Positions 41,751 to 54,900 of a stretch of DNA of 64,000 nt are shown here, in pieces. The notes beneath the pieces were generated by a model. That model was given only the letters and a program-made list of their open reading frames with translations. It was not told the origin of the DNA and made no database searches. The position numbers and the translations under genes are program-made. Source of the DNA: Mobula hypostoma (Eukaryota); contig NC_086108.1 of NCBI RefSeq assembly GCF_963921235.1, positions 31,064,001 to 31,128,000 on the forward strand. The letters run 5' to 3'. Within the stretch, counting starts at the first letter, position 1; each line of letters starts with the position of its first letter.

Positions 41751-44700
41751 TCACCTGATCTCATATATCACCTCCCAGTTTCTCACGTTATCCCCCATCT
41801 CCCTCAGCTGGTCTCATATATCAACACCCTGTTTCTCACCTTATCCACCATCCCCCTCACCTGGTCTCATATATCACCTCCCGGTTTCTCACCTTATCCC
41901 CCAATCCCCTCAACTAATCTCATATATCACTTCACAGTTTCTCACCTTATCCCGCCTCCCCCTCACCTGGTCTCATATATCACCTCCCAGTTTCTCACGT
42001 GATCCCCCATCCCCCTCACCTGGTCTCATATATCACCTCCCAGTTTCTCACCTTATCCCCCATCCCCCTCACCTGGTCGCATATATCACTTCCCAGTTTC
42101 TCACGTTATCCCCCATCCCCCCCACCTCATCTCATATATCACCTCCCGGTTTCTCACCTTATCCCCCAATCCCCTCAACTAATCTCATATATCACTTCAC
42201 AGTTTCTCACCTTATCCCGCATCCCCCTCACCTCGTCTCATATATCACCTCGCGGTTTCTCACCTTCTCCCCCATCCCCTCACCTGGTCTCATATATCAC
42301 TTCCCAGTTTCTCACGATATCCCACATCCCCCTCACCTGGTCTCATATATCACCTCCCAGTTTCTCACCTTATCCACCATCCCCCTCACCTGGTCTCATA
42401 TATCACCTCCCGGTTTCTCACCTTATCCCCCATCCCCCTCACATCATCTCATATATCACTTCACAATTTCTCACCTTATCCCCTATTCCCCTCACCCTGT
42501 CTAATATATCACCTCCCAGTTTCTCACCTTATCCCCATCCCCTTGACCTCGTCTCATATATCACTTCGCTGCTTCTCACGTTATCCCCCATTCCCTTCAC
42601 CTGGTCTCACATATCACCTCCCAGTTTGTCTCGTTATCCCCCAACCCCTCACCTCATCTCATATATCAACTCCCAGTTTCTCACGTTATCCCCCATCCCA
42701 CTCACCTGGTCTCATAGATCACCTCCCAGTTTCTCACGTTATCCCCCATCCCCCTCACCTGGTCTCATATATCACCTCCCAGTTTCTCACGTTATCCCCC
42801 ATATCCCTCACCTGGTCTCATATATCACCTCCCAGTTTCTCACCTTATCCCCCAACCCCCCCACCTCGTCTCATATATGATTTGCCACTTTCTCACGTTA
42901 TCCCCCATCCCCCTCACCTTGTCTCATATATCACCTCCCAGTTTCTCACTTTATCCCCCATCCCCCTCACCTGGTCTCATATATCACCTCCCAGTTTCTC
43001 ACGTTATCCCCCATCCCCCTCACCTGGTCTCATATATCACCTCCCAGTTTCTCACCTTATCCCCCATCCCCCTCAGCTGGTCTCATATATCACCTCCCCG
43101 TTTCTCACGTTATCCCCCATCTCCCTCACCTGGTCTCATAGATCACCGCCCAGTTTCTCACCTTATCCCCCATCCGCCTCGCCCGGTCTCATATATCACC
43201 TCCCAGTTTCTCAACTTTCCCCATCCCCTTCACCTCGTCTCATATATCACTTCCCACTTTCTCACGTTATCCCCCAACCCCCTTACCTGGTCTCATATAT
43301 AACATCCCATTTTCTCACCTTATTCCCACATCTCCCTCATCTGGTCTCATATATCACCTAGCAGTTTCTCACGTTATCCCCCATCCCCCTCACCTTGTCT
43401 CATATATCACCTCCCACTTTCTCACCTTATCCCCCATCCCCCTCACCTGGTCTCATATATCACCTCCCAGTTTCTCACGTGATACCCCATCCCCCTCACC
43501 TGGTCTCATATATCACCTCCCAGTTTCTCACCTTATCCCCCATCCCCCTCACCTGGTCGCATATATCACTTCCCAGTTTCTCACGTTATCCCCCATCCCC
43601 CTCACCTCATCTCATATATCACCTCCCGGTTTCTCACCTTATCCCCCAATCCCCTAAACTAATCTCATATATCACTTCACAGTTTCTCACCTTATCCCGC
43701 ATCCCCATCACCTCGTCTCATATATCACCTCGCGGTTTCTCACCTTCACCCCCATCCCCTCACCTGGTCTCATATATCACTTCCAAGTTTCTCACGATAT
43801 TTCCCATCCCCCTCACCTGGTCTCATATATCACCTCCCAGTTTCTCACCTTATCCACCATCCCCCTCACCTGGTGTCATATATCACCTCCCGGTTTCTCA
43901 CCTTATCCCCCATCCCCCTCACATCATCTCATATATCACTTCACAATTTCTCACCTTATCCCCTATTCCCCTCACCCTGTCTAATATATCACCTCCCAGT
44001 TTCTCACCTTATCCCCATCCCCTTCACCTCGTCTCATATATCACTTCGCTGCTTCTCACGTTATCCCCCAATCCCTTCACCTGGTCTCACATATCACCTC
44101 CCAGTTTGTCTCGTAATCCCCCAACCCCTCACCTCATCTCATATATCAACTCCCAGTTTCTCACGTTATCCCCCATCCCACTCACCTGGTCTCATAGATC
44201 ACCTCCCAGTTTCTCACGTTATCCCCCATCCCCCTCACCTGGTCTCATATATCACCTCCCAGTTTCTCACGTTATCCCCCATCCCCCTCACCTTTTCTCA
44301 CATATCACCTCCCAGTTTCTCACGTTATCCCGCATCCCCCTCACCTGGTCTCATATATCACCTCCCAGTTTCTCACCTTATCCCCCAACCCCCCCACCTC
44401 GTCTCATATATCATTTGCCAGTTTCTCACGTTATCCCCCATCCCCCTCACCTGGTCTCATATATCACCTCCCAGTTTCTCAGTTTATCCCCCATCCCCCT
44501 CAGCTGCTCTCATATATCAACTCCCAGTTTCTCACCTTATCCCCCATCCCCCTCACCTGGTCTCATATATCACCTCCCAGTTTCTCACCTTATCCCCCAT
44601 CCCCCTCAGCTGGTCTCATATATCACCTCCCCGTTTCTCACGTTATCCCCCATCTCCCTCACCTGGTCTCATAGATCACCTCCCAGTTTCTCACCTTATC

Positions 44701-47700
44701 CCCAATCCGCCTCGCCCGGTCTCATATATCACCTCCCAGTTTCTCCACTTTCCCCCATCCCCTTCACCTCGTCTCATATATCACTTCCCACTTTCTCACG
44801 TTATCCCCCAACCCCCTTACCTGGTCTCATATATCACATCCCAATTTCTCACCTTATTCCCACATCTCCCTCAGCTGGTCTCATATATCACCTAGTAGTT
44901 TCTCACGTTATCCCCCATCCCCCTCACCTTGTCTCATATATCACCTCCCACTTTCTCACCTTATCCCCCATCCCCCTCACCTGGTCTCATATATCACCTC
45001 CCAGTTTCTCACCTTATCCCCCATCCCACTCACATGGTCTCATATATCGCCTCCCAGTTCCTCACGTTATCCCCCATCCCCCTCACCTGGACTCATATAT
45101 CACCTCCCAGTTTCTCACCTTATCCCCCATCCCCCTCACCCGGTCTCATATATCACATCCCAGTTTCTAACGTTATCCCCCATCCCCGTCACCTGGTCTC
45201 ATATATCACCTCCCGTTTTCTCACCTTATCCCCCATCCCCGTTACCTCATCTCATATATCACTTCACAGTTTCTCACCTTATCCCGCATCCCCCTCACCC
45301 GGTCTCATATATCACCTCCCCGTTTCTCACGTTATCCCCCATCCCCCTCACCTGGTCTCATAGATCACCTCCTAGTTTCTCACGTTATGCCCCATCCCCC
45401 TCACCTCATCTCTTATATCACCTCCCAGTTTCTCACGTTATCCCCCATCCCCCTCACCTGGTCTCATATGTCACCTCCCAGTTTCTCACGTTATCCCCCA
45501 TCCCCCTCACCTCATCTCATATATCACCTCCCAGTTTCTCACGTTTTCCCCCATCCCCCTCACCTGGTCTCATATATCACATCCCAGTTTCTCACGTTAT
45601 CCCCCATCCCCCTCACCTCATCTCGTATATCACCTCCGAGTTTCTCACGTTATCCCCAATCCCCCTCACCTGGTCTCATAGATCACCTCCCAGTTTCTCA
45701 AGTTATCCCCCGTCCCGCACACCTGGTCTCATATATGACCTCCCAGTTCCTCACGTTATCCCCCATCGCCCTCACCTGGTCTCATATATCACCTCCCAGT
45801 TTCTCACGTTATCCCCCATCCCCCTCACCTTGTCTCCTATATCACCTCCCAGTTTCTCACCATACCCCCATCCCCCTCACCTCGTCTCATATATCATTTC
45901 CCAGTTTTTCACCTTATCCCCCATCCCCGTCACCCGGTCTCATAAAGCACCTCACAGTTTCTCACCTTATCCCCCATCCCCCTCACCTCCTCTCATATAT
46001 CACCTCCCAGTTTCTCACGTTATCCCCCATCCCCGTCACCCGGTCTCATATATCATCTCCAAGTTTCTCACCGTATCCCCCATCCCCCTCACCTGGTCTC
46101 ATGTATCACTTCCCAGTTTCTCACATTATCCCCCATCCCCCTCACCTCGTCTCATATATCACCTCCCAGTTTCTCACGTTATCCCCCGTCCAGCTCACCT
46201 CGTCTCATTTGTCACTTACCAGTTGCTCACGTTATCCCCCATCCCCCTCACCTGGTCTCATATATCACCTCCCCGTTTCTCACCTTATCCCCCATCCCCC
46301 TCACCTGGTCGCATATAACACCTCCCGGTTTCTCATCTTATCCCCCATCCCCCTCACCTCATCTCATATATCACCTCTCGGTTACTCACCTTATCCCCCA
46401 ATCCCCTCAACTAATCTCATATATCACTTCACAGTTTCTCACCTTATCCCGCATCCCCCTCACCCGGTGTCATATATCACCTCCCAGTTTCTCAAATTAT
46501 CCCCCATCCCCCTCACCTCGTCTCATATATCACTTACCAGTTTCTCACTTTATCCCACATCCCCCTCACCTCATCTCGTATATCACCTCCCAGTTTCTCA
46601 CGTTATCCCCAATCCCCCTCACCTGGTCTCATAGATCACCTCCCAGTTTCTCAAGTTATCCCCCATCCCCGTCACCTGGTCTCATATATCACTTCTCAGT
46701 TTCTCACGTTATCCCCCATCCCCCTCACCTCACCTCATATATCACCTCCCAGTTTCTCACGTTATCCCCCATCCCCCTCACCTTGTCTCCTATATCACCT
46801 CCCACTTTCTCACCTTTCCCCCATCCCCCTCACCTCGTCTCATATATCATTTCCCAGTTTCTCACGTTATCCCCCATCCCCCTCACCTGGTCTCATATAT
46901 CACCTCCCAGTTTCTCATTTTATCCCCCATCCCCCTCACCTCATCTCATATATCACTTCACAATTTCTCACCTTATCCCCTATTCCCCTCACCCTGTCTA
47001 ATATATCACCTCCCAGTTTCTCACCTTATCCCCATCCCCTTCACCTCGTCTCATATATCACTTCGCTGCTTCTCACGTTATCCCCCATTCCCTTCACCTG
47101 GTCTCACATATCACCTCCCAGTTTGTCTCGTTATCCCCCAACCCCTCACCTCATCTCATATATCAACTCCCAGTTTCTCACGTTATCCCCCATCCCACTC
47201 ACCTGGTCTCATAGATCACCTCCCAGTTTCTCACGTTATCCCCCATCCCCCTCACCTGGTCTCATATATCACCTCCCAGTTTCTCACCTTATCCCCCAAC
47301 CCCCCCACCTCGTCTCATATATCATTTGCCAGTTTCTCACGTTCTCCCCCATCCCCCTCACCTGGTCTCATATATCACCTCCCAGTTTCTCACTTTATCC
47401 CCCATCCCCCTCACCTGGTCTCATATATCACCTCCCAGTTTCTCACCTTATCCCCCATCCCCCTCACCTGGTCTCATATATCACCTCCCAGTTTCTCACC
47501 TTATCCCCCATCCCCCTCAGCTGGTCTCATATATCACCTCCCCGTTTCTCACGTTATCCCCCATCTCCCTCACCTGGTCTCATAGATCACCGCCCAGTTT
47601 CTTACCTTATCCCCCATCCGCCTCGCCCGGTCTCATATATCACCTCCCAGTTTCTCAACTTTCCCCATCCCCTTCACCTCGTCTCATATATCACTTCCCA

Positions 47701-49490
47701 CTTTCTCACGTTATCCCCCAACCCCCTTACCTGGTCTCATATATAACATCCCATTTTCTCACCTTATTCCCACATCTCCCTCATCTGGTCTCATATATCA
47801 CCTAGCAGTTTCTCACGTTATCCCCCATCCCCCTCACCTTGTCTCATATATCACCTCCCACTTTCTCACCTTATCCCCCATCCCCCTCACCTGGTCTCAT
47901 ATATCACCTCCCAGTTTCTCACGTGATACCCCATCCCCCTCACCTGGTCTCATATATCACCTCCCAGTTTCTCACCTTATCCCCCATCCCCCTCACCTGG
48001 TCGCATATATCACTTCCCAGTTTCTCACGTTATCCCCCATCCCCCTCACCTCATCTCATATATCACCTCCCGGTTTCTCACCTTATCCCCCAATCCCCTA
48101 AACTAATCTCATATATCACTTCACAGTTTCTCACCTTATCCCGCATCCCCATCACCTCGTCTCATATATCACCTCGCGGTTTCTCACCTTCTCCCCCATC
48201 CCCTCACCTGGTCTCATATATCACTTCCCAGTTTCTCACGATATTTCCCATCCCCCTCACCTGGTCTCATATATCACCTCCCAGTTTCTCACCTTATCCA
48301 CCATCCCCCTCACCTGGTCTCATATATCACCTCCCGGTTTCTCACCTTATCCCCCATCCCCCTCACATCATCTCAGATATCACTTCACAATTTCTCACCT
48401 TATCCCCTATTCCCCTCACCCTGTCTAATATATCACCTCCCAGTTTCTCACCTTATCCCCATCCCCTTCACCTCGTCTCATATATCACTTCGCTGCTTCT
48501 CACGTTATCCCCCAATCCCTTCACCTGGTCTCACATATCACCTCCCAGTTTGTCTCGTAATCCCCCAACCCCTCACCTCATCTCATATATCAACTCCCAG
48601 TTTCTCACGTTATCCCCCATCCCACTCACCTGGTCTCATAGATCACCTCCCAGTTTCTCACGTTATCCCCCATCCCCCTCACCTGGTCTCATATATCACC
48701 TCCCAGTTTCTCACGTTATCCCCCATCCCCCTCACCTTTTCTCACATATCACCTCCCAGTTTCTCACGTTATCCCCCATCCCCCTCACCAGGTCTCATAT
48801 ATCACCTCCCAGTTTCTCACCTTATCACCCAACTCCCCCACCTCGTCTCATATATCATTTGCCAGTTTCTCACGTTATCCCCCATCCCCCTCACCTGGTC
48901 TCATATATCACCTCCCAGTTTCTCAGTTTATCCCCCATCCCCCTCAGCTGCTCTCATATATCAACTCCCAGTTTCTCACCTTATCCCCCATCCCCCTCAC
49001 CTGGTCTCATATATCACCTCCCAGTTTCTCACCTTATCCCCCATCCCCCTCAGCTGGTCTCATATATCACCTCCCCGTTTCTCACGTTATCCCCCATCTC
49101 CCTCACCTGGTCTCATAGATCACCTCCCAGTTTCTCACCTTATCCCCAATCCGCCTCGCCCGGTCTCATATATCACCTCCCAGTTTCTCAACTTTCCCCC
49201 ATCCCCTTCACCTCGTCTCATATATCACTTCCCACTTTCTCACGTTATCCCCCAACCCCCTTACCTGGTCTCATATATCACATCCCAATTTCTCACCTTA
49301 TTCCCACATCTCCCTCAGCTGGTCTCATATATCACCTAGTAGTTTCTCACGTTATCCCCCATCCCCCTCACCTTGTCTCATATATCACCTCCCACTTTCT
49401 CACCTTATCCCCCATCCCCCTCACCTGGTCTCATATATCACCTCCCAGTTTCTCACCTTATCCCCCATCCCACTCACATGGTCTCATATA
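41751..49490 (+). repeat. Satellite sub-array C (shares one cassette with B; contains a 4,444-bp-offset duplication)
   Basis: Diagnostic variants: CACTTCGCTGCTTCTC (~42565, 44045, 47062, 48489), CCTGTCTAATATATC, GGTCGCATAT, CACCTAGCAG (~43356, 47800), CACCTCGCGG and CTCAGCTGG. Confidence 0.8.
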
Positions 49491-51900
49491 TCACCTCCCC
49501 GTTTCTCACGTTATCCCCCATTCCCCTCACCTGGTCTCACAGAGCACCTCCCAGTTTCTCACCTTATTCCCATCCCCCTCGCCCGGTCTCATATATCACC
49601 TCCCAGTTTCTCACCTTTCCCCCATCCCCTTCACCTCGTCTGATATATCACTTCCCAGTTTCTCACGTTTCCCCCAACCCCGTCACCTTGTCTCATATAT
49701 CACCTCCCAGTTTCTCACGGTATCCCCCATCCCCCTCACCTGGTCTCATATATCACTTCCCATTTCCTCACATTATCCCCCATCCCCCTCACCTCGTCTC
49801 ATATATCACCTCCCAGTTTCTAACGTTATCCCCCGTCCCGCTCACCTGAACTCATATATCACCTCCCAGTACCTCACGTTATCCCCCATCGCACTCACCT
49901 GGTCTCATATATCACCTCCCAGTTTCTCACGTTATCCCCCGTCCCGCTCACCTCGTCTCATTTGTCACTTACCAGTTGCTCACGTTATCCCCCAGCCCCC
50001 TCTCCTGGTCTCATATATCACCTCCCCTTTTCTCACGTTATCCCCCATCCCCCTCACCTGGTCTCATATATCACCTCCCAGTTTCTCACATTATACCCTG
50101 TCCCCCTCACCTGGTCTCATATATCACCTCCAATTTTCACACGTTATCCTCGGTCCCATTCACCTGGTCTCATATATCACCTCCCAGTTTCTCACCTTAT
50201 TCCCGCACCCCCCTCACCTCGTCTCATATATCACCTCCCAGTTTCTCACGTCATCCCACGTTCCCCTCACCTGGTCTCATATATCACCTCCCAGTTTCTC
50301 ACGTTATCCCCCATTCCCCTCACCTGGTCTCACAGAGCACCTCCCAGTTACTCACCTTATCCCCCATTCCCTTCACCTCGTCTCATATATCACTTCCCAG
50401 TTTCTCACGTTATACCCCAACCCCGTCACCTTGTCTCATATATCACCTCCCAGTTTCTCTCTTTATTCCCCCATTCCCCTTCACCTGGTCTCATACATCA
50501 CCTCCCAGTTTCTCACGTTATCCCCCATCCCCCTCACCTGGTCTCATATATCACCTCCCGGTTTCTCACCTTATCCCCCATCCCCCTCACGTGGTCTCAT
50601 ATATCACCTCCCAGTTTCTCACGTTATCCCCCATGCCCCTCACCTTGTCTCATAAATGACCTCCCAGTTTCTCACCTTATCCCCCAATCCACCTCACGTG
50701 GTCTGATATATCACCTCCCAGTTTCTCACGTTATCCCCCATGCCCCTCACCCGGTCTCATAAATCACCTCCCAGTTTCTCACCTTATCCCCATCCGCATC
50801 ACATCGTCTCATATATCACTTCCCAGTTTCTCACGTTGTCCCCCATCCTCGTCACCCGGTCTCATATATCACCTCCAAGTTTCTCACCTTATCCCCCATT
50901 CCCCTCACCTGGTCTCATATATCACCTCCTAGTTTCTCACCTTATCCCCCATCCCCCTCACCTCATTTCATATATCACCTCCCTGTTTCTCACGTTATCC
51001 CCCATCCCCCTCACCTGGTCTCATATATCACTTCACAGTTTCTCACCTTATCTCCCATCCTTCTTACCCGGTGTCATATATCACCTCCCAGTTTCTCACC
51101 TTATCCTCCATCCCCCTCACATGGTCTCATTTATCACCTCCTAGTTTCTCACCTTATACCCCATCCCCCTCACCTGGTCTCATATATCACCTCCCAGATC
51201 CTCATGTTATCTTCCATCCCCCTCACCTGGTCTCATATATCACCTCCCAGTTTCTCAACTTATCCCCCATCCCCCTGACCTGCTCTCATATATCACCTCC
51301 CAGTTTCTCACGTTATCCCCCATCCCCCTCACTCGGTCTCATATATCACCTACCAGTTTCTCACGTTATCCCCCATCCCCATCACCTGGTCTCAATTATC
51401 ACTTCGCAGTTTCTCACCTTATCCCCCATCCACCTCACCCGATCTCATATATCACTGCCCAGTTTCTCACCTTATCCCCAATCCCCCTGACCTCGTTTCA
51501 TATATCACTTCACAGTTTCTCACCTTATCCCTCATCCCCCTAACCCGGTCTCATATATCACCTCCCAGTTTCTCATGTTATCCCCCGTCCCCCTCACCTG
51601 GTCTCATATATCACCTCCCAGTTTCTAACATTATCCCCCATCCCCCTCACCTGTCTTCATATATCACCTCTCAGTTTCTCACGTTATCCCCCGTCCCCCT
51701 CACCTGGTCTCATATATCACCTCTCAGTTTCTCACGTTATCCCACATCCCCCTCACCTGGTCTCATATATCACCTCCCGGTTTCTCACCTTATCCCTCAT
51801 CCCCATCACCCCGTCTCATATATCACTTCACAGTTTCTCACCTTATCCCCCATCCCCCTCACCCCGTCTCATATATCACCTCCCAGTTTCTCACCTTATC
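49491..51900 (+). repeat. Diverged monomeric zone between C and D (many private substitutions, little exact cassette repetition)
   Basis: Variants seen only once by eye, e.g. CCTGAACTC ~49845, CCTCGGTCCCATT ~50148, CCGCATCACATC ~50794, CTCAATTATCACTTCGCAG ~51391 and CTGTCTTCAT 51651. Confidence 0.65.
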
Positions 51901-54900
51901 CTCCATCCCCCTCACCTCGTCTCATATATCACTTCCCAGATTCTCACGTTATCCCCCATCCCCCTCACCCGGTCTCATATATCACCTCCAAGTTTCTCAC
52001 CTTATCCCCCATCCCCCTCACCTGGTCTCATATATCACCTCCCAGTTTCTCACGTTATCCCCCATCCCCCTCACCCGGTCTCATATATCACCTCCAAGTT
52101 TCTCACCTTATCCCCCATCCCCCTCACCTGGTCTCATGTATCACCTCCCAGTTTCTCACATTATCCCCCATCCCCCTCACCTCGTCTCATATATCACCTC
52201 CCAGTTTCTCACGTTATCCCCCGTCCGCTCACCTGGTCTCATTTATCACCTCCCAGTTCCTCACGTTATCCCCCATCCCCCTCACCTCATCTCATATAGC
52301 AATTCACAGTTTCTCACCTTATCCCACATCCCCCTCACCTGGTCTCATAGATCACCTCCCAGTTTCTCACGTTACCCCCTATCCCCCTCACCCGGTCTCA
52401 TATATCACCTCCCAGTTTCTCACCTTATCCCCATCCCCTTCACCTCGTCTCAGATATCACCTCCCAGTTTCTCACGTTATCCCCCATCTCCCTCACCTCA
52501 TCTCATATATCACCTCCCAGTTTCTCACCTTATCTCCCATCCCCCTCACCTGGTCTCATATATCACTTCCTAGTTTCTCACGTTACCCATCCCCCTCACC
52601 TCTTCTCATATATCACCTCCCAGTTTCTCACGTTATCCCCCATCCCCCTCACCTGGTCTCATATATCACTTCCCAGTTTCTCACGTTATCCCCCATCGCC
52701 CTCACCTCATCTCATATATCACCTCCCAGTTTCTCACGTTATCCCCCATCACCCTCACCTGGTCTCATTTATCACCTCCCAGTTTCTCACGTTATCCCCC
52801 ATCCCCCTCACCTCGTCTCATATATCACTTCCCAGTTTCACACGTTATCCCCCATCCCCCTCACCTGGTCTCATATATCACCTCCCAGTTTCTCATTTTA
52901 TCCCCCATCCCCCTCACCTCATCTCATATATCACCTCCCGGTTTCTCACGTAATCCCCCATCCCCCTCACTTGGTCTCATATATCTCCTCCCAGTTTCTC
53001 AACTTATCCCCCATCCCCCTCACCAGGTCTCATATATCACCTCCCGGTTTCTCACCTTATCCCCCATCCCCCTCACCCGGTCTCATATATCACCTCCCAG
53101 TTTCTCACCTGATCCCCCATCCCCCTCACCTCGTCTCATATATCACTTCCCAGTTTCTCACGTTATCCCCCATCCCCGTCACCCGGTCTCATATATCACC
53201 TCCAAGTTTCTCACCTTATCCCCCATCCCCCTCACCTGGTCTCATGTATCATCTCCCAGTTTCTCACCTTATCCCCCATCCCCCTCACCTCGTCTCATAT
53301 ATCACCTCCCAGTTTCTCACGTTATCCCCCTCGCGCTCACCTGCTCTCATTTATCACCTCCCAGTTCCTCACGTTATCCCCGATCCCCCTCACCTGGTCT
53401 CATATATCACCTCCCGGTTTCTCACATTATCCGCCATCCCCCTCACCTCATCTCATATAGCACTTCACAGTTTCTCACCTGATCCCACATCCCCCTCACC
53501 TCGTCTCATATATCACTTACCAGTTGCTCACGTTATCCCCCATCCCACTCACCTGGTCTCATATATCACGTCCCCTTTTCTCACGTTATCCCCCATCCCC
53601 CTCACCTGGTCTCATAGATCACCTCCCAGTTTCTCACGTTATCCCCTATCCCCCTCACCCGGTCTCATATATGACCTCCCAGTTTCTGACCTTATCCCCA
53701 TCCACTTCACCTCGTCTCATATATCACTTACCAGTTTCTCACGTTATCCACCATCCCCCTCACCTGGTCTCATATATCACCTCCCAGTTTCTCACGTTAT
53801 CCCCCATCTCCCTCACCTCATCTCATATATCACCTCCCAGTTTATCACGTTATCCCCCATCCCACTCTCCTGGTCCAATAGATCACCGCCCAGTTTCTCA
53901 CGTTATCCCCCATCCCCCTGACCTTGTCTCATATATCACTTCCTAGTTTCTCACGTTATCCCCCATCCCCCTCACCTTATCTCATATATCACCTCCCAGT
54001 TTCTCACGTTATCCCCCATCTCCCTCACCTGGTCTCATTTATCACCTCCCAATTTCTCACCTTACCCCCATCCCCCTCACCTGGTCTCATATATCACTTC
54101 CCAGTTTCTCACGATATCCCCCATCCCCCTCACCTGGTCTCATTTATCACCTCCCCGTTTCTGATTTTATCCCCCATCCCCCTCACCTCATCTCATATAT
54201 CACCTCCCAGTTTCTCCCGTTATCCCCCATCCCCCTCACCTGGTCTCATATATCACTTCCCGGTTTCTCACCTTATCCCCCATCCCCCTCACCTCGTCTC
54301 ATATATCAGCACCCAGTTTCTCACGTTATCCCCCGTCCCGCTCACCTGGTCTCATTTATCACCTCCCAGTTCCTCACGTTATCCCCCATCCCCCTCACCT
54401 TGTCTCATATGTCACTTCCCGGTTTCTCAACTTATCCCCCATCCCCCTCACCTCATCTCATATAGCACTTCACAGTTTCTCACCTTATCCCACATCCCCC
54501 TCACCCGGTCTCATATATCACCTCCCAGTTTCGCACCTTATCCCGCATCCCCCTCACCTCGTCTCATCTATCACTTACCAGTTGCTCACGTTATTCCCCA
54601 CCCCACTCACCTGGTCTCATATATCACCTCCCCTTTACTCACATTATCCCCCATCCCCCTCACCTGGTCTCATAGATCACCTCCCAGTTTCTCACGTTAT
54701 CCCCTATCCCCCTCACCCGGTCTCATATATCACCTCCCGGTTTCTCACCTTATCCCCATCCCCTTCACGTCGTCTCATATATCACTTCCTTTTTCTCACG
54801 TCATCCACCATCCCCCTCACCTGGTCTCATATATCACCTCCCCGTTTCTCACATTATCCCCCATCCCCCTCACCTCATCTCATATATCACCTCCCAGTTT

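Noticed and set aside
47839..50655. 938-aa ORF, and all other Pro/Ser/His-rich + strand ORFs, as extensin- or mucin-like genes
   Set aside because: They are translations of the satellite. The same peptide appears in all three frames, the starts are chance TTG/GTG/ATG variants, there is no signal peptide or unique domain, and frameshifting indels and stop variants are frequent.
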